64,000 nucleotides of DNA. It comes from Eledone cirrhosa (lineage: Eukaryota). Below are positions 25,313 to 37,300 of the stretch, one piece after another. Positions within the stretch are counted from its first letter, which is position 1. Every line of letters begins with the position of its first letter. The stretch lies in assembly GCA_964016885.1 (NCBI GenBank), contig OZ024743.1, positions 133,238,001 to 133,302,000 of the forward strand, read 5' to 3'. The notes below the pieces were generated by a model, which was not told where the DNA came from, ran no database searches, and saw only the letters and a program-made list of their open reading frames with translations. The translations under genes and the position numbers were made by a program.

Positions 25313-28300
25313 TTGGTGTTTGGTGCTTGGTGTTTGGTGTTTGGTGCTTGGTGTTTGGTACTTGGTGCTTGGTGCTTGGTGTTAAGTGTTTGGTGCTTGG
25401 TGTTTGGTGTTTCGTGCTTGGTGCTTGGTGTTTGGTGCATGGTGCTTGGTGTTTGGGGCTTGGTGCCTGGTGCTTTCTGTTTGGTGCTAGGTGCTTGGTG
25501 CTTGGTCTTTGGTGTTTGGTGCTTGGTGCTTGGTGCTTGGTGTTTGGTGCTTGGTGCTTGGTGCTTGGTAATTAGTGTTTGGTGCTTGGTGCTTGGGGTT
25601 TGGTGTTTGGTGCTTGGTGCTTGGTGTTTGGTGTTTGCTGTATGGTGTTTGCTGTTTCGTGTTTGGTGTTTGGTGTTTGGTGTTTAATGCTTGGTGCTTG
25701 GTGTTTGGTGTTTGGTGTTTGGTGCTTGGTGCTTGGTGTTTGGTGCTTGGTGCTTGGTGCTGGGTGTTTGGTGCTTGGTGCTTGGTGTTTGGTGCTTGGT
25801 GCTTGATGCTTGGTGCTTGGTGTTTGGTCCTTGGTGCTTGGTGCTTGGTCTTTGGTGCTTGGGGTTTGGTGTTTGGTGCTTGGTGCTTGGTGTTTGGTGC
25901 TTGGTGCTTGGTGCTTGGTGCTTGGTGTTTGGTGCTTGCTGCTTGGTGCTTGGTGTTTGGTGCTTGGTGCTTGGTGATTAGTGTTTGGTGCATGGTGCTT
26001 GGTGTTTGTTGTTTGGTGCTTGGTGCTTGGTGTTTGGTGCTTGGTGCTTGCTGTTTGGTGTTTGGTGTTTGGTGCTTGGTGCTTGGTGTTTGGTGTTTGG
26101 TGTTTGGTGCTTGGTGCTTGGTGTTTGGTGCTTGGTGTTTGGTGTTTGGTGCTTGGTGTTTGGTACTTGGTGCTTGGTGCTTGGTGTTATGTGTTTGGTG
26201 CTTGGTGCTTGGTGTTTGGTGCTTCGTGCTTGGTGCTTGGTGTTTGGTGCATGGTGCTTGGTGTTTGGGGCTTGGTGCCTGGGGCTTTGTGTTTGGTGCT
26301 AGGTGCTTGGTGCTTGGTCTTTGGTGTTTGGTGCTTGGTGCTTGGTGCTTGGTGTTTGGTGCTTGATGCTTGGTGCTTGGTTATTAGTGTTTGGTGCTTG
26401 GTGCTTGGGGTTTGGTGTTTGGTGCTTGGTGCTTGGTGTTTGGTGTTTGCTGTATGGTGTTTGCTGTTTCGTGTTTGGTGTTTGCTGTTTGGTGTTTAAT
26501 GCTTGGTGCTTGGTGCTTGGTGTTTGGTGCTTGGTGCTTGGTGCTTGGTGTTTGGCGTTTGCTCTTTGCTGTTTGGTGTTTGGTGCTTGCTGTTTGGTGT
26601 TTGGTGTTTGGTGTTTGGTGTTTGGTGCTTGCTGTTTGGTGCTTGGTGCTTGGTGTTTGGTGTTTGGTGTTTGGTGCTTGGTGCTTGGTGTTTGGTGGTT
26701 GGTGCTTGGTGCTGGGTGTTTGGTTCTAGGTGCTTGGTGTTTGGTGCTTGGTGCTTGGTGCTTGGTGCTTGGTCTTTGGTGCTTGGTGTTTGGTGCTTGG
26801 TGCTTGGTGCTTGGTGTTTGGTGCTTGGGGCTTGGTGTTTGGTGCTTGGTGATTGCTGCTTGGTGTTTGGTGTTTGGTGCTTGGTGCTTGGTGCTTAGTG
26901 TTTGGTGCTTGGTGCTTGGTGTCTGGTGCTTGGTGCTTGTTGTTTGGTGCTTGGTGCTTGGTGATTAGTGTTTGGTGCTTGGTGCTTGGGGCTTGGTGTT
27001 TGGTCCTTGGTGCTTGGTGCTTGCTGTTTGGTGGTTGCTGTTTGGTGCTTGGTGTTTGGTGCTTGGTGCTTGGTGCTTGGTTTTTGGTGCTTGGTGCTTG
27101 GTGCTTGGTGTTTGGTGCTTGGTGCTTGGTGCTTGTTGTTTGGTGCTTGGTGCTTGGTCTTTGGTGCTTGGTGTTTGGTGTTTGGTGCTTGTTGCTTGGT
27201 GTTTGGTGCTTGGTGCCTGGTGCTTGGTGTTTGGTGCTTGGTGCTTGGTGTTTGCTGATTGGTGCTTGGTGCTTGGTGCTTGGTGCTTAGTGCTTGGTGT
27301 TTGGTGTTTGGTGCTTGGTGTTTGGTGTTTGGTGTTTGATGCTTGGTTTTTGCTGCTTGGTGCTTGGTGCTTGGTGCTTGGTGTTCTGTATTTGGTGCTT
27401 GGTGCTTGGTGCCTGGTGCTTGGTGCTTGGTGCTTGTTGTTTGGTGCTTGGTGCTTGGTGATTAGTCTTTGGTGCTTGGTGTTTGGTGTTTGGTGTTTCG
27501 TGCTTGGTGTCTAGTGTTTGGTGTTTGGTGCTTGGTGCTTGGTGTTTGGTGTTTGGTGCTTGGTGTTTGGTGCTTGGTGCTTTGAGCTTGGTGTTTGGTG
27601 CTGGGTGTATGGTGTTTGGTGCTTGGTGCTTGGTGCTTGGTGTTTGGTGTTTAGTGCTTGGTACTTGGTGTTTGGTGTTTGATGCTTGGTGTTTGATGCT
27701 TGTTGCTTGGTGCTTGGTGTTTTGTGTTTGGTGTTTGGTGCTTGGTGTATGTACTTGGTGCTTGGTGCTTGGTGTTTGGTGCTTGGTTCTTGGTGTTTGG
27801 TGCTTGGTGCTTGGTGTTTGGTGCTTGGTGTTTGGTGTTTGGTGCTTGGTGTTTGGTACTTGGTGCTTGGTGCTTGGTGTTTGGTGCTTGGTTCTTGGTT
27901 TTTGGTGCTTGGTGCTTGGGGCTTGGTGTTTGGTGCTTGGTACTTGGTGTTTGGTGCTTGGTGTTAGGTGTTTGGTGCTTGGTGTTTGGTACTTGGTGCT
28001 TGGTGCTTGGTGTAAGTGTTTGGTGCTTGGTGTTTGGTGCTTCGTGCTTGGTGCTTGGTGTTTGGTGCATGGTGCTTGGTGTTTGGGGCTTGGTGCCTGG
28101 TGCTTTCTGTTTGGTGCTAGGTGCTTGGTGCTTGGTCTTTGGTGTTTGGTGCTTGGTGCTTGGTGCTTGGTGTTTGGTGCTTGGTGCTTGGTGCTTGGTA
28201 ATTAGTGTTTAGTGCTTGGTGCTTGGGGTTTGGTGTTTGGTGCTTGGTGCTTGGTGTTTGGTGTTTGCTGTATGGTGTTTGCTGTTTCGTGTTTGGTGTT

Positions 28301-31300
28301 TGGTGTTTGGTGTTTAATGCTTGGTGCTTGGTGTTTGGTGTTTGGTGTTTGGTGCTTGGTGCTTGGTGTTTGGTGCTTGGTGCTTGGTGCTGGGTGTTTG
28401 GTGCTTGGTGCTTGGTGTTTGGTGCTTAGTGCTTCATGCTTGGTGCTTGGTGTTTGGTCCTTGGTGCTTGGTGCTCGGTCTTTGGTGCTTGGGGTTTGGT
28501 GTTTGGTGCTTGGTGCTTGGTGTTTGGTGCTTGGTGCTTGGTGCTTGGTGTTTGGTGTTTGGTGCTTGCTGCTTGGTGCTTGGTGTTTGGTGTTTGGTGT
28601 TTGGTGCTTGGTGTTTGGTGTTTGGTGCTTGGTGTTTGGTGCTTGGTGTATGTACTTGGTGCTTGGTGCTTGGTGTTTGGTGCTTGGTTCTTGGTGTTTG
28701 GTGCTTGGTGCTTGGTGCTTGGTGTTTGGTGCTTGGTGCTTGGTGTTTGGTACTTGGTGCTTGGTGTTTGGTGTTTGGTGCTTGGTGTTTGGTGCTTGGT
28801 GCTTGGTGCTTGGTGTTAAGTGTTTGGTGCTTGGTGCTTCGTGTTTGGTGCTTGGTGCTTGGTGCTTGGTGCTTGGTGTTTGGTGCATGGTGCTTGATGT
28901 TTGGGGCTTGGTGCCTGGTGCTTGGTGTTTGGTGCTTGGTGCTTGGTGCTTGGTGTTTGGTGTTTGGTGCTTGGTGCTTGGTGTTTGGTGCTTGGTGTTT
29001 GGTGCTTGGTGTTCGGTGCTTGGTGCTTGGTGCTTGGTACTTGGTGTTAGGTTTTTGGTGCTTGGGGCTTGGTGTTTGGTGTTTGGTGCTTGGTGCTTGG
29101 TGTTTGGTGTTTGGTGCTTGGTGTTTGGTGTTTGGTGCTTTGTGCTTGGTGTTTGGTGCTGGGTGTATGGTGTTTGGAGCTTGGTGCTTGGTGCTTGGTG
29201 TTTGGTTTTAAGTGTTTAGTGCTTGGTGCATGGTGTTTGGTGCCTCGTGCTTGGTGCTTGGTGTTTGGTGCATGGTGCTTGGTGTTTGGGGCTTGGTGCC
29301 TGGTGCTTTGTGTTTGGTGCTAGGTGCTTGGTGCTTGGTCTTTGGTGATTGGTGCTTGGTGCTTGGTGCTTGGTGTTTGGTGCTTGGTGCTTGGTGCTTG
29401 GTTATTAGTGTTTGGTGCTTGGTGCTTGGGGTTTGGTGTTTGGTGCTTGGTGCTTGGTGTTTGGTGTTTGCTGTATGGTGTTTGCTGTTTGGTGTTTGGT
29501 GTTTGCTGTTTGGTGTTTAATGCTTGGTGCTTGGTGCTTGGTGTTTGGTGGTTGGTGCTTGGTGCTTGGTGATTGGCGTTTGCTCTTTGCTGTTTGGTGT
29601 TTGGTGCTTGCTGTTTGGTGTTTGGTGTTTGGTGTTTGGTGTTTGGTGCTTGCTGTTTGGTGCTTGGTGCTTGGTGTTTGGTGTTTGGTGTTTGGTGCTT
29701 GGTGCTTGGTGTTTGGTGGTTGGTGCTTGGTGCTGGGTGTTTGGTGCTTGGTGCTTGGTGTTTGGTGCTTGGTGCTTGGTGCTTGGTGCTTGGTCTTTGG
29801 TGCTTGGTGTTTGGTGTTTGGTGCTTGGTGCTTGGTGTTTGGTGCTTGGTGATTGCTGCTTGGTGTTTGGTGTTTGGTGCTTGGTGCTTGTTGCTTGGTG
29901 ATTAGTGTTTGGTGCTTGGTGCTTGGTGCCTTGTGCTTGGTGCTTGGTGCTTGTTGTTTGGTGCTTGGTGCTTGGTGATTAGTGTTTGGTGCTTGGTGCT
30001 TGGTGCCTGGTGCTTGGTGCTTGTTGTTTGGTGCTTGGTGCTTGGTGATTAGTGTTTGGTGCCTGGTGCTTGGTGCTTGCTGTGTGGTGGTTGCTGTTTG
30101 GTGCTTGGTGTTTGGTGCTTGGTGCTTGGTGCTGGGTGGTTGGTGCTTGGTGCTTGGTGTTTGGTGCTTGGTGCTTGGTGCTTGTTGTTTGGTGCTTGGT
30201 GATTGGTCTTTGGTGCTTGGTGTTTGGTGTTTGGTGCTTGGTGCTTGGTGCTTGGTTTTTGGTGCTTGGTGCTTGGTGCTTGGTGTTTGGTGCTTGGTGC
30301 TTGGTGCTTGTTGTTTGGTGTTTGGTGCTTGGTGCTTGGTGTTTGGTGCTTGGTGCCTGGTGCTTGGTGTTTGGTGCTTGGTGCTTGGTGTTTGCTGATT
30401 GGTGCTTGGTGCTTGGTGCTTAGTGCTTGGTGTTTGGTGTTTGGTGTTTGGTGTTTGGTGTTTCGTGCTTGGTGTCTAGTGTTTGGGTTTTGGTGTTTGG
30501 TGCTTGGTGCTTAGTGTTTGGTGTTTGGTGCTTGGTGCTTGGTGTTTGGTGTTTGGTGCTTGGTGTTTGGTGCTGGGTGCTTTGTGCTTGGTGTTTGGTG
30601 CTGGGTGTATGGTGTTTGGTGCTTGGTGCTTGGTGCTTGGTGCTTGGTGTTTGGTGTTTGGTGCTTGGTACTTGGTGTTTGGTTTTTGATGCTTGGTGTT
30701 TGATGCTTGTTGCTTGGTGCTTGGTGTTTTGTGTTTGGTGTTTGGTGCTTGGTGTATGTACTTGGTGCTTGGTGCTTGGTGTTTGGTGCTTGGTTCTTGG
30801 TGTTTGGTGCTTGGTGCTTGGTATTTGGTGCTTGGTGTTTGGTGTTTGGTGCTTGGTGTTTGGTACTTGGTGCTTGGTGCTTGGTGTTAAGTGTTTGGTG
30901 CTTGGTGCTTGGTGTTTGGTGCTTCGTGCTTGGTTCTTGGTGTTTGGTGCATGGTGCTTGGTGTTTGGGGCTTGGTGCCTGGTGCTTTGTGTTTGGTGCT
31001 AGGTGCTTGGTGCTTGGTCTTTGGTGTTTGGTGCTTGGTGCTTGGTGCTTGGTGCTTGGTTATTAGTGTTTGGTGCTTGGTGCTTGGGGTTTGGTGTTTG
31101 GTGCTTGGTGCTTGGTGTTTGGTGTTTGCTGTATGGTGTTTGCTGTTTCTTGTTTGGTGTTTGCTGTTTGGTGTTTAAGGCTTGGTGCTTGGTGCTTGGT
31201 GTTTGGTGCTTGGTGCTTGGTGCTTGGTGTTTGGCGTTTGCTCTTTGCTGTTTGGTGTTTGGTGCTTGCTGTTTGGTGTTTGGTGTTTGGTGTTTGGTGT

Positions 31301-34300
31301 TTGGTGCTTGCTGTTTGGTGCTTGGTGCTTGGTGCTGGGTGTTTGGTGCTTGGTGCTGGGTGTTTGGTGCTTGGTGCTTGGTGTTTGGTCCTTGGTGCTT
31401 GGTGCTTGGTCTTTGGTTCTTGGGGTTTGGTGTTTGGTGCTTGGTGCTCGGTGTTTGGTGCTTGGTGCTTGGTGCTTGGTGTTTGGTGTTTGGTGCTTGC
31501 TGCTTGGTGCTTGGTGTTTGGTGCTTGGTCCTTGGTGATTAGTGTTTGGTGCATGGTGCTTGGTGTTTGTTTCTGGTGCTTGGTGCTTGGTGTTTGGTGC
31601 TTGGTGCTTGCTGTTTGGTGTTTGGTGTTTGGTGCTTGGTGCTTGGTGTTTGGTGCTTGGTGTTTGGTTCTTGGTGTATGTACTTGGTGCTTGGTGCTTG
31701 GTGTTTGGTGCTTGGTTCTTGGTGTTTGGTACTTGGTGTTTGGTGTTTGGTGCTTGGTGTTTGGTGCTTGGTGTTTGGTGCTTGGTGCTTGGTGTTTGGT
31801 ACTTGGTGCTTGGTGATTAGTGTTTGGTGCATGGTGCTTGGTGTTTGTTGTTTGGTGCTTGGTGCTTGGTGTTTGGTGCTTGGTGCTTCCTGTTTGGTGT
31901 TTGGTGTTTGCTGCTTGGTGCTTGGTGTTTGGTGCTTGGTGTTTGGTTCTTGGTGTATGCACTTGGTGCTTGGTTCTTGGTGTTTGGTGCTTGGTGTTTG
32001 GTGTTTGGTGCTTGGTGTTTGGTGCTTGGTGCTTGGTGCTTGGTGTTAAGTGTTTGGTGCATGGTGCTTGGTGTTTGGTGCTTCGTGCTTGGTGCTTGGT
32101 GTTTGGTGCATGGTGCTTGATGTTTGGGGCTTGGTGCCTGGTGCTTGGTGTTTGGTGCTTGGTGCTTGGTGCTTGGTGTTTGGTATTTGGTGCTTGGTGC
32201 TTGGTGTTTGGTGCTTGGTGTTTGGTGCTTGGTGTTCAGTGCTTGGTGCTTGGTGCTTGGTACTTGGTGTTAGGTTTTTGGTGCTTGGGGCTTGGTGTTT
32301 GGTGTTTGGTGCTTGGTGCTTGGTGTTTGGTGTTTGGTGCTTGGTGTTTGGTGCTTGGTGCTTTGTGCTTGGTGTTTGGTGCTGGGTGTATGGTGTTTGG
32401 TGCTTGGTGCTTGGTGCTTGGTGTTTGGTGTTTGGTGCTTGGTACTTGGTGTTTGGTGTTTGATGCTTGGTGTTTGATGCTTGTTGCTTGGTGCTTGGTG
32501 TTTTGTGTTTGGTGTCTGGTGCTTGGTGTTTGGTGCTTGGTGCTTGGTGTTTGGTGCTTGGTGTTTGGTGTTTGGTGTTTGGTGTTTGGTGCTTGGTGCT
32601 TGGTGTTTGGTGCTTGGTGCTTGGTGCTGGGTGTTTGGTGCTTGGTGCTTGGTGTTTGGTGCTTGGTGCTTGATGCTTGGTGCTTGGTGTTTGGTCCTTG
32701 GTCATTGGTGCTTGGTCTTTGGTGCTTGGGGTTTGGTGTTTGGTGCTTGGTGCTTGGTGTTTGGTGCTTGGTGCTTGGTGCTTGGTGTTTGGTGTTTGGT
32801 GCTTGCTGCTTGGTGCTTGGTGTTTGGTGCTTGGTGCTTGGTGATTAGTGTTTGGTGCATGCTGCTTGGTGTTTGTTGTTTGGTGCTTGGTGCTTGGTGT
32901 TTGGTGCTTGGTGCTTGCTGTTTGGTGTTTTGTGTTTGGTGCTTGGTGCTTGGTGTTTGGTGTTTGGTGTTTGGTGTTTGGTGTTTGGTGCTTGGTGCTT
33001 GGTGTTTGGTGCTTGGTGCTTGGTGCTTGGTGTTTGGAGCTTGGTGCTTGGTGTTTGGTACTTGGTGCTTGGTGTTTGGTGTTTGGTGCTTGGTGTTTGG
33101 TGCTTGGTGCTTGGTGCTTGGTGTTAAGTGTTTGGTGCTTGGTGCTTCGTGTTTGGTGCTTCGTGCTTGGTGCTTGGTGTTTGGTGCATGGTGCTTGATG
33201 TTTGGGGCTTGGTGCCTGGTGCTTGGTGTTTGGTGCTTGGTGCTTGGTGCTTGGTGTTTGGTGTTTGGTGCTTGGTGCTTGGTGTTTGGTGCTTGGTGTT
33301 TGGTGCTTGGTGTTCGGTGCTTGGTGCTTGGTGCTTGGTACTTGGTGTTAGGTTTTTGGTGCTTGGGGCTTGGTGTTTGGTGTTTGGTGCTTGGTGCTTG
33401 GTGTTTGGTGTTTGGTGCTTGGTGTTTGGTGTTTGGTGCTTTGTGCTTGGTGTTTGGTGCTGGGTGTATGGTGTTTGGTGCTTGGTGCTTGGTGCTTGGT
33501 GTTTGGTGTTTGGTGCTTGGTACTTGGTGTTTGGTGTTTGATGCTTGGTGTTTGATGCTTGTTGCTTGGTGCTTGGTGTTTTGTGTTTGGTGTTTGGTGC
33601 TTGGTGTATGTACTTGGTGCTTGGTGCTTGGTGCTTGGTGTTTGGTGCTTGGTGTTTGGTGCTTGGTGTTCGGTGCTTGGTGCTTGGTGCTTGGTACTTG
33701 GTGTTAGGTTTTTGGTGCTTGGGGCTTGGTGTTTGGTGTTTGGTGCTTGGTGCTTGGTGTTTGGTGTTTGGTGCTTGGTGTTTGGTGTTTGGTGCTTTGT
33801 GCTTGGTGTTTGGTGCTGGGTGTATGGTGTTTGGAGCTTGGTGCTTGGTGCTTGGTGTTTGGTTTTAAGTGTTTAGTGCTTGGTGCATGGTGTTTGGTGC
33901 CTCGTGCTTGGTGCTTGGTGTTTGGTGCATGGTGCTTGGTGTTTGGGGCTTGGTGCCTGGTGCTTTGTGTTTGGTGCTAGGTGCTTGGTGCTTGGTCTTT
34001 GGTGATTGGTGCTTGGTGCTTGGTGCTTGGTGTTTGGTGCTTGGTGCTTGGTGCTTGGTTATTAGTGTTTGGTGCTTGGTGCTTGGGGTTTGGTGTTTGG
34101 TGCTTGGTGCTTGGTGTTTGGTGTTTGCTGTATGGTGTTTGCTGTTTGGTGTTTGGTGTTTGCTGTTTGGTGTTTAATGCTTGGTGCTTGGTGCTTGGTG
34201 TTTGGTGGTTGGTGCTTGGTGCTTGGTGATTGGCGTTTGCTCTTTGCTGTTTGGTGTTTGGTGCTTGCTGTTTGGTGTTTGGTGTTTGGTGTTTGGTGTT

Positions 34301-37300
34301 TGGTGCTTGCTGTTTGGTGCTTGGTGCTTGGTGTTTGGTGTTTGGTGTTTGGTGCTTGGTGCTTGGTGTTTGGTGGTTGGTGCTTGGTGCTGGGTGTTTG
34401 GTGCTTGGTGCTTGGTGTTTGGTGCTTGGTGCTTGGTGCTTGGTGCTTGGTCTTTGGTGCTTGGTGTTTGGTGTTTGGTGCTTGGTGCTTGGTGTTTGGT
34501 GCTTGGTGATTGCTGCTTGGTGTTTGGTGTTTGGTGCTTGGTGCTTGTTGCTTGGTGATTAGTGTTTGGTGCTTGGTGCTTGGTGCCTTGTGCTTGGTGC
34601 TTGGTGCTTGTTGTTTGGTGCTTGGTGCTTGGTGATTAGTGTTTGGTGCTTGGTGCTTGGTGCCTGGTGCTTGGTGCTTGTTGTTTGGTGCTTGGTGCTT
34701 GGTGATTAGTGTTTGGTGCCTGGTGCTTGGTGCTTGCTGTGTGGTGGTTGCTGTTTGGTGCTTGGTGTTTGGTGCTTGGTGCTTGGTGCTGGGTGGTTGG
34801 TGCTTGGTGCTTGGTGTTTGGTGCTTGGTGCTTGGTGCTTGTTGTTTGGTGCTTGGTGATTGGTCTTTGGTGCTTGGTGTTTGGTGTTTGGTGCTTGGTG
34901 CTTGGTGCTTGGTTTTTGGTGCTTGGTGCTTGGTGCTTGGTGTTTGGTGCTTGGTGCTTGGTGCTTGTTGTTTGGTGTTTGGTGCTTGGTGCTTGGTGTT
35001 TGGTGCTTGGTGCCTGGTGCTTGGTGTTTGGTGCTTGGTGCTTGGTGTTTGCTGATTGGTGCTTGGTGCTTGGTGCTTAGTGCTTGGTGTTTGGTGTTTG
35101 GTGTTTGGTGTTTGGTGTTTCGTGCTTGGTGTCTAGTGTTTGGGTTTTGGTGTTTGGTGCTTGGTGCTTAGTGTTTGGTGTTTGGTGCTTGGTGCTTGGT
35201 GTTTGGTGTTTGGTGCTTGGTGTTTGGTGCTGGGTGCTTTGTGCTTGGTGTTTGGTGCTGGGTGTATGGTGTTTGGTGCTTGGTGCTTGGTGCTTGGTGC
35301 TTGGTGTTTGGTGTTTGGTGCTTGGTACTTGGTGTTTGGTTTTTGATGCTTGGTGTTTGATGCTTGTTGCTTGGTGCTTGGTGTTTTGTGTTTGGTGTTT
35401 GGTGCTTGGTGTATGTACTTGGTGCTTGGTGCTTGGTGTTTGGTGCTTGGTTCTTGGTGTTTGGTGCTTGGTGCTTGGTATTTGGTGCTTGGTGTTTGGT
35501 GTTTGGTGCTTGGTGTTTGGTACTTGGTGCTTGGTGCTTGGTGTTAAGTGTTTGGTGCTTGGTGCTTGGTGTTTGGTGCTTCGTGCTTGGTTCTTGGTGT
35601 TTGGTGCATGGTGCTTGGTGTTTGGGGCTTGGTGCCTGGTGCTTTGTGTTTGGTGCTAGGTGCTTGGTGCTTGGTCTTTGGTGTTTGGTGCTTGGTGCTT
35701 GGTGCTTGGTGCTTGGTTATTAGTGTTTGGTGCTTGGTGCTTGGGGTTTGGTGTTTGGTGCTTGGTGCTTGGTGTTTGGTGTTTGCTGTATGGTGTTTGC
35801 TGTTTCTTGTTTGGTGTTTGCTGTTTGGTGTTTAAGGCTTGGTGCTTGGTGCTTGGTGTTTGGTGCTTGGTGCTTGGTGCTTGGTGTTTGGCGTTTGCTC
35901 TTTGCTGTTTGGTGTTTGGTGCTTGCTGTTTGGTGTTTGGTGTTTGGTGTTTGGTGTTTGGTGCTTGCTGTTTGGTGCTTGGTGCTTGGTGCTGGGTGTT
36001 TGGTGCTTGGTGCTGGGTGTTTGGTGCTTGGTGCTTGGTGTTTGGTCCTTGGTGCTTGGTGCTTGGTCTTTGGTTCTTGGGGTTTGGTGTTTGGTGCTTG
36101 GTGCTCGGTGTTTGGTGCTTGGTGCTTGGTGCTTGGTGTTTGGTGTTTGGTGCTTGCTGCTTGGTGCTTGGTGTTTGGTGCTTGGTCCTTGGTGATTAGT
36201 GTTTGGTGCATGGTGCTTGGTGTTTGTTTCTGGTGCTTGGTGCTTGGTGTTTGGTGCTTGGTGCTTGCTGTTTGGTGTTTGGTGTTTGGTGCTTGGTGCT
36301 TGGTGTTTGGTGCTTGGTGTTTGGTTCTTGGTGTATGTACTTGGTGCTTGGTGCTTGGTGTTTGGTGCTTGGTTCTTGGTGTTTGGTACTTGGTGTTTGG
36401 TGTTTGGTGCTTGGTGTTTGGTGCTTGGTGTTTGGTGCTTGGTGCTTGGTGTTTGGTACTTGGTGCTTGGTGATTAGTGTTTGGTGCATGGTGCTTGGTG
36501 TTTGTTGTTTGGTGCTTGGTGCTTGGTGTTTGGTGCTTGGTGCTTCCTGTTTGGTGTTTGGTGTTTGCTGCTTGGTGCTTGGTGTTTGGTGCTTGGTGTT
36601 TGGTTCTTGGTGTATGCACTTGGTGCTTGGTTCTTGGTGTTTGGTGCTTGGTGTTTGGTGTTTGGTGCTTGGTGTTTGGTGCTTGGTGCTTGGTGCTTGG
36701 TGTTAAGTGTTTGGTGCATGGTGCTTGGTGTTTGGTGCTTCGTGCTTGGTGCTTGGTGTTTGGTGCATGGTGCTTGATGTTTGGGGCTTGGTGCCTGGTG
36801 CTTGGTGTTTGGTGCTTGGTGCTTGGTGCTTGGTGTTTGGTATTTGGTGCTTGGTGCTTGGTGTTTGGTGCTTGGTGTTTGGTGCTTGGTGTTCAGTGCT
36901 TGGTGCTTGGTGCTTGGTACTTGGTGTTAGGTTTTTGGTGCTTGGGGCTTGGTGTTTGGTGTTTGGTGCTTGGTGTTTGGTGTTTGGTGCTTGGTGTTTG
37001 GTACTTGGTGCTTGGTGCTTGGTGTTAAGTGTTTGGTGCTTGGTGTTTGGTGTTTCGTGCTTGGTGCTTGGTGTTTGGTGCATGGTGCTTGGTGTTTGGG
37101 GCTTGGTGCCTGGTGCTTTCTGTTTGGTGCTAGGTGCTTGGTGCTTGGTCTTTGGTGTTTGGTGCTTGGTGCTTGGTGCTTGGTGTTTGGTGCTTGGTGC
37201 TTGGTGCTTGGTAATTAGTGTTTGGTGCTTGGTGCTTGGGGTTTGGTGTTTGGTGCTTGGTGCTTGGTGTTTGGTGTTTGCTGTATGGTGTTTGCTGTTT